From IMG/VR virus record IMGVR_UViG_3300011337_000669: a stretch of 64,000 nucleotides of DNA. One strand, given 5' to 3'. The notes below the pieces were generated by a model. It was not told where the DNA came from. It saw nothing but the letters and a program-made list of their open reading frames with translations, and made no database searches. Origin of the DNA: a virus. Its lineage: Duplodnaviria > Caudoviricetes. Positions 8,324 to 16,739 of the stretch are shown piece by piece. How positions within the stretch are numbered: position 1 is the stretch's first letter; the number at the start of each line of letters is the position of its first letter. A program made the translations under genes and the position numbers.

Positions 8324-9154
8324 ATGAACGAGAAATTAAAAAAAATCGTCCTAAAACTTGAGGACTCAATCAAAAAATTTGATTCAATACAGGACTTGTA
8401 TTTCAAATTGAAGATAATTGCTATATCTCAGTCAGATTATTTTTCCTATTTAGGTCCAGACAACTTAATTAAATTAACCTTATACATTTACTCATACAAA
8501 ATGACAAAAGGTTTTGATATGGGTGATAAAATGATAAACAATTTATCATTTGCCGAATTGGCAACCCCATATGAACAACAATACTTGAAAACTTGCGAAC
8601 AATGTGAGGGAGATGGAGAGATGAAATGTCTATATTGTGGTGGAACCCATGAAATCAATTGTAAAAAGTGTAAAGGAGAGGGAGAAATAGATTGTGAATA
8701 TTGTAACCCTGAAGTATATTCATATGAGTGTGATGAATGTTTTGGTGAAGAGAGGGTCGATTGTGACGAATGTTATGGTAGAGGAGTTGTAAAATGTGAG
8801 GAATGTGATGTAAATGGAACAGTCGAATGTGATGAATGTGAAGGGCAAGGGGAAATCGAAACGGATGAAGTTGTAGTACGATTTGTTTTTATCGCAACTT
8901 GGAGCAAGAGAATCAAAGACCAATGTGAACTAAGTGTTGGAACAAACACCCCAATTATGTCTGAAGAGGAATTTTTGTCATTGGAATCTGACTTTATAAT
9001 ATTATCTTCCGGCGAAGGTCATCAAATTTTAGATGTTGATCCATATCAAATGTATTGTTTAAGTTATTCTGATGAACCAGCAATAAGTCTACATTCACAT
9101 TCGATGAACATACTACCTACCAACAAAACGAAAAACGCAGAATATTGGAAATAA
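8324..9154 (+). CDS. Protein with DnaJ-type CxxCxGxG zinc-finger repeats
   Basis: Eight CxxC pairs (CEQCEGDG, CKKCKGEG, CDECYGRG, CDECEGQG and others); no J-domain HPD. Confidence 0.8.
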   Translation: MNEKLKKIVLKLEDSIKKFDSIQDLYFKLKIIAISQSDYFSYLGPDNLIKLTLYIYSYKMTKGFDMGDKMINNLSFAELATPYEQQYLKTCEQCEGDGEMKCLYCGGTHEINCKKCKGEGEIDCEYCNPEVYSYECDECFGEERVDCDECYGRGVVKCEECDVNGTVECDECEGQGEIETDEVVVRFVFIATWSKRIKDQCELSVGTNTPIMSEEEFLSLESDFIILSSGEGHQILDVDPYQMYCLSYSDEPAISLHSHSMNILPTNKTKNAEYWK

Positions 9155-9156
9155 AA

Positions 9157-9178
9157 AAAGGAGACCGAAGTCTCCTTT
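9157..9178. terminator. Bidirectional terminator with cUUCGg loop on the minus strand
   Basis: aaaggagac-cgaa-gtctccttt between convergent genes. Confidence 0.85.
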
Positions 9179-9218
9179 AATTGGGCTCACAGGTTTGTGA
9201 AGCGTCCACCACCAAGTT

Positions 9219-9518
9219 TCATCTAACTTGGAAATCATCGTTTCTGAAAAGCACATTGGCAAAATCCTCCAAGTCTTTTCCACTCACATAACCAACAACA
9301 TCATCCCCATTTTCAGGAAAAAAGAACTTGGTAATGAATCTATGGTCTTGAGAATCAAATACCGCAATCTCGAAAGTTTTTTCGAAATCCCCATAGAGGC
9401 CCCGACCACCTCCAACAATAGATAACTCGTATTTACGGTTGAATATATTTGTCACCCTACCGTCTTGCGTCGAAGGGTGAGGTTTTGACCATTTTTTTAT
9501 GTCCTTGATTGTAATCAT
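9219..9518 (-). CDS. Hypothetical protein
   Basis: SIVGGGRGLYGDFEKTFEIAVFD; 4-nt overlap with the upstream gene. Confidence 0.8.
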   Translation of the reverse strand: MITIKDIKKWSKPHPSTQDGRVTNIFNRKYELSIVGGGRGLYGDFEKTFEIAVFDSQDHRFITKFFFPENGDDVVGYVSGKDLEDFANVLFRNDDFQVR

Positions 9519-9796
9519 TTTGTTACTTCCGCCTCGATTTTAGATTTGTTAATAAGATGCTCCGCTAATGTATAAGTATCCACATTCGTGGTAATGATGG
9601 ATTCAACCAAATGTTTGTAAGGGACGTGAACAAAGAAATCCACACCATTGAAAAACGTCAAATCATTTTTTAATTCGATACTTCCTTGAACCATTTTGAG
9701 GAAAAGTTTGAACTGAGTCCCATTCACAAAGGTCTCATTCAAAAGGACTCCAAATTTTTCGTGTTGAATCTTGATGTTGTGGGATGCCATGTTCAT
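9515..9796 (-). CDS. Hypothetical protein
   Basis: ORF track; TATATTTG promoter element at 9816-9823. Confidence 0.8.
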   Translation of the reverse strand: MNMASHNIKIQHEKFGVLLNETFVNGTQFKLFLKMVQGSIELKNDLTFFNGVDFFVHVPYKHLVESIITTNVDTYTLAEHLINKSKIEAEVTK

Positions 9797-9849
9797 ATCT
9801 TCGTCGTTTGTCTTACAAATATAATTAAATTCCGAACAATAAAAAAAAA

Positions 9850-10110
9850 TCCCCTACTTTTTTTAGTAGGGGAAGTTAGAAAAATAAGAAGAGGGTTTAC
9901 GACCCTCCACATTGATGACCGAACTTATATATTCAGTCAGATATCTTAAGTTGAATAACTTCTAAAAAAAAGTCCCACAAACTCCTTCTCTCTCGAACTC
10001 TCATTTGTGGGACAAATGTTTCACAAACATAGTAAGAATATTTTATTATATCAAACTAAAATGAAACTTTTTGTGGGGGTGTTGAATCTCTCGACTCAGT
10101 TTTATAAATA
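9850..10110 (-). ncRNA. Candidate structured non-coding RNA locus
   Basis: No credible ORF. Two promoter motifs (10103-10110 and 10024-10055) and several hairpins, including a GAGA tetraloop and a 10-bp stem followed by a U-tract. Confidence 0.4.
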
Positions 10111-10130
10111 TAAGTAAGTTTAATAAAAAA

Positions 10131-10544
10131 TCAAACTACCTCGAAATATTTTTTTAATATTGTTTGTAAATTGGATTCCAATCCCAATTTCTTTGTTTCT
10201 TTGAACGTAAAATATCCACATTTTGTGTGCTCATGACCATCTACCGCCGAATCCAAGTCAGGTAATATTTCATCAGTGAGTTCAGATATGAACACATAGA
10301 TAAAGTCCTTGTCGGACTTAACACCATTGTCGATTACAGGAATTGTTCCAATGAAATCTATATCATTCTCTGACAATTCAAAGTCAGTCTCTTCATAAAG
10401 TTCACGAACAGCCGCCTCGCGTGGAGTTTCCCCTCTTTCAATTTTACCTGTAGGAATGAACCATTGGTTAGGATGCGAATCCTCACCATTTCGTTTACAC
10501 AGTAAACACTTATCCTTGTATTTTAATATTACACCTGAGTACAT
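10131..10544 (-). CDS. Nudix hydrolase
   Basis: Nudix box GKIERGETPREAAVRELYEETD. Confidence 0.92.
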   Translation of the reverse strand: MYSGVILKYKDKCLLCKRNGEDSHPNQWFIPTGKIERGETPREAAVRELYEETDFELSENDIDFIGTIPVIDNGVKSDKDFIYVFISELTDEILPDLDSAVDGHEHTKCGYFTFKETKKLGLESNLQTILKKYFEVV

Positions 10545-10571
10545 TTCAACTTAAATTGTATTTATATAATT

Positions 10572-10919
10572 ATGGACGTATCAATAAATAATCACAGATT
10601 CGAAGTTACAACATTAATCGACCCAAAATCTCAAAGAATTGGAATGATGGGTAAAAGATTTTCACACATCAAACAAGGTATGTTGTTTTTGATGGGTGGA
10701 AAAGAACAATGTTTTTGGATGCTGAACTGTATAATTCCCCTCGATATAATCATAATAAAGAATAATATTATTGTCAACATCCATCACGATTGTCCTCCGT
10801 GCCAACAAGATGATTGTCCCTCTTTCTGTGGTAACGGAAATATTGTGTTAGAATTACGTGGAGGTGCTTGTCTGAAGTTAGGTATCAAACCAGGTGATAC
10901 TATCAATTACTTGTTTTAG
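10572..10919 (+). CDS. DUF192 family protein
   Basis: GMM...QGMLFLM...CFWMLNCIIPLDIIII...VLELRGG...GIKPGD; TATTTATA at 10559-10566. Confidence 0.85.
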   Translation: MDVSINNHRFEVTTLIDPKSQRIGMMGKRFSHIKQGMLFLMGGKEQCFWMLNCIIPLDIIIIKNNIIVNIHHDCPPCQQDDCPSFCGNGNIVLELRGGACLKLGIKPGDTINYLF

Positions 10920-12306
10920 ACAACTCAATCTTTTCTTTCAATACTTTTTGAAATTGATTAGCAATCATTTTGGTAAACTTGACAGTTGGCGAATCTTCCG
11001 ACTCTCCGTATCTTGTTCCACCACTTGGAGGTCTTGTACTTCTCCCAAGATAATTTAACCCTGAAATGTTTGTTATACATTTGTGGCCTCCCGAGTTGGC
11101 TTGTATCAAGTCCCAAGCATTTACACCGATTTTGTCCAAAATCTTCATTTCATCTTCAGTCAAACTTTTGAAAGATTTTTCCATCATGGTACCAATCTTG
11201 TCTAAGATTTGTTCACCATTATCCATAAACATTATTTTTTCACCATATAGGGCTTTGAAATCTTTGAATGTAAATCCAATACTTTCAGGTCCAACACTAG
11301 TTTCACTTACCCACTTTATTGTTGATAGTGGTACAGTTTTTTGTTTCAATTGGTCTTCCCATTTACTTAAAACTTCTTGTGCGATTTCCCCTAAATTAAC
11401 ACCTTTAAGTTCTCTATCTTTCTTAAACGGATTACAGGATGCTTGAACGAGTCCCATAGGCCATGCCATAATTAAAAAGTCTGCCTCAGGATTATTTTTA
11501 TAAGGAGTGTATCTATCATAAGAACCTGGCTTGAACATACTACCTCCTCCATATTGGAAAATAATATTATCAGTTACAGTTGGGAAAGATTTCATTTGCC
11601 CGATATAATCTTCAGCATTTTTCTGTAATTGTTCAGGTGATGGTGATCCCGTATTTCTCATCCAATTTTTTATATTGTTCAGTATTGAAAGCAAAGATGG
11701 TTCTGAATCCATTACTAACATTTCTAAAAATCCTGGCTTATTTTTGAAGGCCAACAACAGTTTGTTGATAACTAACCCCAATAACATTTTATTTGACTGA
11801 AGGGATTTTTCCTTGTCAATTCGAAATAAATAATTTACAACATCATCAGGTGTTAAATTTTTTCTTGCAAAGTCAGCAGAGTCAACAGTACTAATAAGTA
11901 AAATGTCTGGAGATGGGAACAATTCTTTTGGAGAAACAACTTGAGACAAAGTTTCCACGTTGGATCGGGACTGTCTAAATGAAGTTGATTTAGTATCTTC
12001 GGCACCAGCCTGTCTATCATGGTGGTCAGTGTGAATAACAAACATTGGTTTACCATGCGCAAAATCCACGAGAACTGGCATTGTGTCACCAGTCGCATCG
12101 TTTTTTTTCACAGCAAATTCTTTGTCTCCATATTGAATAATATGAGCATCAACAACTTTGATACCATTGTCTTCCAAATACTTTTTCATCGCGATGGCGG
12201 TTGTTACACCGTCCAAATCCTGATGGAAGTAGATTTCTGCCTTGGGATATCGTTTACTTAATTCTTTAATATCCCGAATACCACTCTCTTTTAATATTTT
12301 TTTCAT
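10903..12306 (-). CDS. DHH-family phosphoesterase
   Basis: HQDLDGV, LVDFAH and TDHHD motifs, C-terminal SGGH; start moved to ATG 12306 (ATGA overlap with upstream stop). Confidence 0.75.
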   Translation of the reverse strand: MKKILKESGIRDIKELSKRYPKAEIYFHQDLDGVTTAIAMKKYLEDNGIKVVDAHIIQYGDKEFAVKKNDATGDTMPVLVDFAHGKPMFVIHTDHHDRQAGAEDTKSTSFRQSRSNVETLSQVVSPKELFPSPDILLISTVDSADFARKNLTPDDVVNYLFRIDKEKSLQSNKMLLGLVINKLLLAFKNKPGFLEMLVMDSEPSLLSILNNIKNWMRNTGSPSPEQLQKNAEDYIGQMKSFPTVTDNIIFQYGGGSMFKPGSYDRYTPYKNNPEADFLIMAWPMGLVQASCNPFKKDRELKGVNLGEIAQEVLSKWEDQLKQKTVPLSTIKWVSETSVGPESIGFTFKDFKALYGEKIMFMDNGEQILDKIGTMMEKSFKSLTEDEMKILDKIGVNAWDLIQANSGGHKCITNISGLNYLGRSTRPPSGGTRYGESEDSPTVKFTKMIANQFQKVLKEKIELSKTSN

Positions 12307-12665
12307 TGGAACTGTTTTTTGACCCAATCGAGAAAATTTCCCCAAAGATCTTCGTGTACACCATACTCATTAGCAACTATGTTTTTCAACATAATTTTGT
12401 CCTTCTCAGGCATTTTGTTGTAAGTTTTATCACCCCAGACTCCATCCGTAGGATATACACCAATCATTTGTTGATATTTAGCGATTGCGTCTGCAGTCTT
12501 GGAATTTCGTCCAGTCCTCCCATCCAATTCCAAACCAGCGTTGATTCTTTTGTTCAGAAAAGCCTGAATTCTATAAACATGCTCTCGGTGATACATTTGT
12601 TCGTTAATTACTCTTTTAACAACTCTTGTCAAGTCGGACTCAGTCAATTTAATTATTTTTGCCAT
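12303..12665 (-). CDS. Peptidoglycan-binding-domain protein with LTESDL N-terminal tag
   Basis: MAKIIKLTESDLTRVVKRVINEQ, then IQAFLN...LDGRTG...TADAIAKYQ...DGVWGDKT (PG_binding_1-like). Confidence 0.8.
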   Translation of the reverse strand: MAKIIKLTESDLTRVVKRVINEQMYHREHVYRIQAFLNKRINAGLELDGRTGRNSKTADAIAKYQQMIGVYPTDGVWGDKTYNKMPEKDKIMLKNIVANEYGVHEDLWGNFLDWVKKQFQ

Positions 12666-12667
12666 AA

Positions 12668-13039
12668 TTAGTACTTTAGGGTTAATAAGTATTTTGATTT
12701 ATTTATTGTCGCCAACATTTCATCACGGATATTCAATAAATCTGTGTCATATCTTGTATCCAATTGGTCTGAAAAACTAACTAAAAATTCGGTAATTCCA
12801 TCCATAAAATTTTGTATACTGATGGAGGAGATGTCTTGGAACATCAACGCAAATTCAGGTTCGAATTCTGGCCTTCCATATTTTCCCATCATGACTTCAG
12901 TAAATTCATCAATTAAATCACCAAGTCCGTCATATAATTCTCCATAAGTTCTGTGTTTAGCATCTCCGTATGTTTGCCAATGTAAAAACTTCCATTGAAG
13001 TTGTACTTGTACCAATTTTTTAATTAATTCTTCTTTCAT
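12668..13039 (-). CDS. Ferritin/Dps-like four-helix protein (DUF5856-like)
   Basis: LHWQT...HRTYGELYDGLGDLIDEFTE; start moved to ATG 13039, behind TATTTAT at 13044-13050. Confidence 0.7.
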   Translation of the reverse strand: MKEELIKKLVQVQLQWKFLHWQTYGDAKHRTYGELYDGLGDLIDEFTEVMMGKYGRPEFEPEFALMFQDISSISIQNFMDGITEFLVSFSDQLDTRYDTDLLNIRDEMLATINKSKYLLTLKY

Positions 13040-13064
13040 CTTCATAAATATAACAATAACCAAA

Positions 13065-13087
13065 AAAAAGGTCTCAAGGACCTTTTT
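13065..13087. terminator. Intrinsic terminator hairpin
   Basis: aaaaaggtc-tcaag-gaccttttt. Confidence 0.7.
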
Positions 13088-13104
13088 AAGTTTTATTTTC
13101 AAAA

Positions 13105-14631
13105 TCAAGAACCCCTTGTTTTTTTTGATTCCATATGAGATGTAACATCATCCAATATATTGTTTCTCTTGGCGTATGTATAAGCTCCCATACTACCTAA
13201 TCTAAAAGCCTCTCTGTTTTGATATTTAAGTGCCTCTTGTTTAACCGATTCGTCATCCCAAACGTTTCTTCTTTTCATATGTTTAGTAACATCATTTATC
13301 CAACCGTATTTTATTGCCGCATCATAGGCAGTCTTATTGTTTTTTCTAAAGTCGACATAATTATCATATTTTTTTGCAATATCATTAACCAAATTTTTAG
13401 TCCAAACAAATTGTGACTCCATATGTTTTGTAACTTCATCTAACCAATTATTTTTTACCGCAGAATTATAGGCACCAGGCGAATTTTGTTGGAATTCCCT
13501 TCTCATTTTATATTTTTCAGCTTCTTTTTTAACATTATCAAAATCCATCCAAGGAAGTTCTTTCCTTTTCAAATTTTCAATCAAGTCGAACCACCTGTTT
13601 TTTAATATTGCGTTGTATGCTGATTCTTCATTTTTCCTAAAGTTTGCTAAAGTGTCATAGTTGATAATTATTTTTTGTAAAATCTCTCTAGTATATTTTT
13701 TAAATTTAACATCTTTTTCCAAATCTTTAACTACATCCTCATACCACCCATTGTTTACTGCCGCTTCCCAAGCATTTTTTTCATTATTCCTAAAATCTTT
13801 CAGTTTAGTATATTTTTTGGCAATATTCATGACTTTTTCTTTAGACCATTTTTGTAAATTACCACCTAAACCACCTGTTTTTACTTTATTCAATGGTGTC
13901 CAACCATTATTAATATACTGATTTAATATCTCATTTTCTTTTTGTACAGATTCCTCATTAGTAATAAATTCTGTAATTTTTTTCAAAACCGGTGTCAATC
14001 CAGTTTTTAATGTGTGCTGATACACAGAACTTTTTACATCCCTTAAATGGCTGTACTCCCTTTTCTTTTGATTATATGTTAGTCCAACATAAAAATAGTT
14101 ATCAGGAAATTCATACACATAAATCATTCTGTTATATCTATTCCCCAACAATTCCATATGTTGTGTAACATCATCCATGATGCCCATTCGTAAAGCGGCA
14201 TTATACGCATTTTGGTCATTTTTTTCAAATTCACTTCGATATTTATATTTTAATGCAATATCATGTATTTTTTTTTTATCCCATCGCGTATTTCGTTTCA
14301 TATGCGAAATTATGTCATCAATAAACCCATTTCTTTTAGCGAATAAAAAAGCTCCATTTTCATTATTTCTGAAATCTATAAATCTATCATAATTTTGTGC
14401 AATTCGAAATATATCATCATATGTCCAATTATTATTTCGTTTTATTACCATATGGGTTGTGACATCATCTATCCACCCGTTACGTCTAGCGGCTTCATAC
14501 GCGTTTGAGGATTTTTTTTGAAATTCTCCTCTATTCCCATATTTTTCCGCTTCTTTTTGAACCAATTCTTTAGTCCACTTGACTCTTTCAGTAATAATTT
14601 TTTTTATTTCGGCAAGAATTATTTGTTTCAT
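13105..14631 (-). CDS. GIY-YIG endonuclease flanked by eight ~47-aa helical repeats
   Basis: Central IYVYEFPDNYFYVGLT...R...H...E. Repeat consensus W(T/D)xxxVxxxAxKYxxxxxFxxNxxxAYxAAxxNGWxDDVTxHM, three copies before and five after. Confidence 0.8.
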   Translation of the reverse strand: MKQIILAEIKKIITERVKWTKELVQKEAEKYGNRGEFQKKSSNAYEAARRNGWIDDVTTHMVIKRNNNWTYDDIFRIAQNYDRFIDFRNNENGAFLFAKRNGFIDDIISHMKRNTRWDKKKIHDIALKYKYRSEFEKNDQNAYNAALRMGIMDDVTQHMELLGNRYNRMIYVYEFPDNYFYVGLTYNQKKREYSHLRDVKSSVYQHTLKTGLTPVLKKITEFITNEESVQKENEILNQYINNGWTPLNKVKTGGLGGNLQKWSKEKVMNIAKKYTKLKDFRNNEKNAWEAAVNNGWYEDVVKDLEKDVKFKKYTREILQKIIINYDTLANFRKNEESAYNAILKNRWFDLIENLKRKELPWMDFDNVKKEAEKYKMRREFQQNSPGAYNSAVKNNWLDEVTKHMESQFVWTKNLVNDIAKKYDNYVDFRKNNKTAYDAAIKYGWINDVTKHMKRRNVWDDESVKQEALKYQNREAFRLGSMGAYTYAKRNNILDDVTSHMESKKTRGS

Positions 14632-14652
14632 ATCTAGTAAATACTATTAAAT

Positions 14653-14680
14653 AAATAAACCCCAAATATGGGGTTTATTT
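14653..14680. terminator. Intrinsic terminator hairpin
   Basis: aaataaacccca-aata-tggggtttattt at the MTase gene stop. Confidence 0.75.
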
Positions 14681-15538
14681 ATTTTTTTCAAAATCTAATA
14701 TTTGTTGTCGTTTACTTTCAACAAATAAGTTAACTCGTTTTCTTGCAACTTCACAATAATTCGAACTGAGTTCGATTCCAATCCATCTGCGTCCTAACGT
14801 TTCTGCCGAGGCCAAACTAGTTCCGCTGCCTGTGAATGGGTCCATAATTATATCATTCTTGTAGGTAAGAATTTTTATCGCTTTCGTTGGGATGTCCATT
14901 GAAAAAGTTGCCTTTGTTTGTTGTCTTGTATCCGCAAAATATTCCCATTGACCATATACCAAACTCATAAAGTCCTTCTTATCTTCATCTTGATACATGG
15001 TTTTTTTCTTTATTGTTCCGTCTTCTTGTTCAACATCAACAACTTCCCCAACCCACTGAGGTTCCCCTTTAACTTTCTTAATCCTATCTTTCTTGTAAGC
15101 AAGGATTACACACTCTTTTGGATTGTAAATATATGGACTGGATGGACTCATCCAAGAACCCCAAGCGGTGGTCTTACTTCTATGTGGCGCATTCTCATCA
15201 AGGTCAACAAGTCCATAGAATTTGAACCCAACCTTTTTCATTACAGACCAAAATTCAGACATAAATAATACTCTACCACCTCTATCTTGGACATTGATTT
15301 CATAAGGAATATTAATCGCAACTCTACCATCTTCTTTCAATATTCTGAACGCCTGAGTTAACCAATTCTCAGTGAATTGCCAGTAATCATCCATAGATTG
15401 ATTGTCATCGTGAGTATCATAGTCAATACCGACGTTATAAGGTGGAGAGGTAACAATTAAATCAATTATTGACTCAGGTAATTTACCCATCTCAACAACA
15501 CAATCTCCATTTATAATCCTATTTGTTTCTAACATCAT
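14675..15538 (-). CDS. DNA methyltransferase, N4-C/N6-A, beta class
   Basis: Motif IV TSPPY precedes motif I DPFTGSGT. Confidence 0.92.
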   Translation of the reverse strand: MMLETNRIINGDCVVEMGKLPESIIDLIVTSPPYNVGIDYDTHDDNQSMDDYWQFTENWLTQAFRILKEDGRVAINIPYEINVQDRGGRVLFMSEFWSVMKKVGFKFYGLVDLDENAPHRSKTTAWGSWMSPSSPYIYNPKECVILAYKKDRIKKVKGEPQWVGEVVDVEQEDGTIKKKTMYQDEDKKDFMSLVYGQWEYFADTRQQTKATFSMDIPTKAIKILTYKNDIIMDPFTGSGTSLASAETLGRRWIGIELSSNYCEVARKRVNLFVESKRQQILDFEKNK

Positions 15539-15936
15539 AATTTACCTTCGTTTCTTAATTGTTCTCTAATCTTCGTCGCAGATATATCTGAAACTTCTTG
15601 AGGTGGAATATGTTCTATAATATCATAACCAACACCTCTTCCGAAGTTTATCGATTCAATATCAGGTATTATCATAACTTTAACTCTACCCTCCTGAATT
15701 AAGTCTATAAGTTCTCCAGTGATTCTATTCTCAACCTCTTGTGAAGTATAAGGATTTTTATCGTCAGGTTCAATGTCCCTAATACAAATTAGAACATTTT
15801 TACCATCGTTCAAGATTTCATTCACAATCCATCGATGACCCCCGTGAAATGGCTGGAACCTCCCCACAAACATAGAATACTGTTTACCTCCAGTATTTTT
15901 CAATTTTGGATCTCCCTCAACGTGTGTCTTTTTCAT
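15535..15936 (-). CDS. HIGH-superfamily (cytidylyltransferase-like) nucleotidyltransferase
   Basis: FVGRFQPFHGGH and ISATKIR motifs. Confidence 0.85.
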   Translation of the reverse strand: MKKTHVEGDPKLKNTGGKQYSMFVGRFQPFHGGHRWIVNEILNDGKNVLICIRDIEPDDKNPYTSQEVENRITGELIDLIQEGRVKVMIIPDIESINFGRGVGYDIIEHIPPQEVSDISATKIREQLRNEGKL

Positions 15937-15944
15937 TTTTGTTT

Positions 15945-16388
15945 TTAATTTGTTTTTATGAACTCCAAAATAATATTTACAGAATCCTCAATTGAGACAT
16001 TGGTCGTATCAATATCTATGTAATTCTCTGATGGTCTTCCATATTCTTTAACGAAATATCCTTCTCTTCCCCTAACTTCGGTGGTGTGGACATAAACTTC
16101 GATAAGATTATGTCCCATCTTTGATTTGAACTTATCTCTTTGGTCTTTATATGGAGACACTAAAGAAACAAATACCTGTTTACCTTTATTATGAAGATAT
16201 TCTGAGATTTGTTGCGCAAGTTCAATATTCTTTCTACGTCCAACTTCAGAATAATCTTTATTATCAAATAAATCTCTCAAATCATCTCCATCAATATGAA
16301 ATACATCCGAACCCATATTTAACATCATTTGTTTACATAGGGTTGTCTTGCCTGAACCAGGTTGTCCTGTTAACCAAATTATTGACAT
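15945..16388 (-). CDS. cysC: Adenylyl-sulfate (APS) kinase
   Basis: WLTGQPGSGKTT, IDGDDLR, GRRKN and SLVSPY...R motifs. Confidence 0.85.
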   Translation of the reverse strand: MSIIWLTGQPGSGKTTLCKQMMLNMGSDVFHIDGDDLRDLFDNKDYSEVGRRKNIELAQQISEYLHNKGKQVFVSLVSPYKDQRDKFKSKMGHNLIEVYVHTTEVRGREGYFVKEYGRPSENYIDIDTTNVSIEDSVNIILEFIKTN

Positions 16389-16609
16389 TTCTCTAAGTTT
16401 TTGATTTTTCTGTCTAAATAAAATGCAGCTTTTTTGAGGTCTTCTAATTCCTTTGTTCGGTCTTTTATACCCGCTCTTGCAACATATTTTACTACGTTAA
16501 ACAAATAAGCATCGTGGTCTAATCCCCAAGATTCACAAACCTTAATAACTTCGTACGGATTCTCTTCACCTCCATAATGGTTCGGGTGATTTATCATTTC
16601 TTTATTCAT
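16379..16609 (-). CDS. DUF3310 (SaV-like) protein
   Basis: INHPNHY...FNVVKYVARAGIK...EDLKKAAFYLDR; start moved to ATG 16609. Confidence 0.85.
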   Translation of the reverse strand: MNKEMINHPNHYGGEENPYEVIKVCESWGLDHDAYLFNVVKYVARAGIKDRTKELEDLKKAAFYLDRKIKNLEKCQ

Positions 16610-16739
16610 TATTTTTACCCCATTTTTTTCCGATGTATTCATTGTATCTATCATACTTGCTTGGACTATACAACATCCAAACAAAATAGATATCAATGAC
16701 CCATTCTATCTTTTTTAGAATTTTTTTAATTTTTTCCAA
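16602..16739 (-). CDS. 45-aa hypothetical protein (TTG start, not in ORF track)
   Basis: Hand translation LEKIKKILKKIEWVIDIYFVWMLYSPSKYDRYNEYIGKKWGKNNE*; overlaps both neighbours in operon fashion. Confidence 0.5.
   Translation of the reverse strand: MEKIKKILKKIEWVIDIYFVWMLYSPSKYDRYNEYIGKKWGKNNE

Noticed and set aside
12858-12868. tRNA T-loop-like GGTTCGAATTC
   Set aside because: Lies inside the ferritin-like CDS with no surrounding cloverleaf; no tRNA was recognised anywhere in the window.
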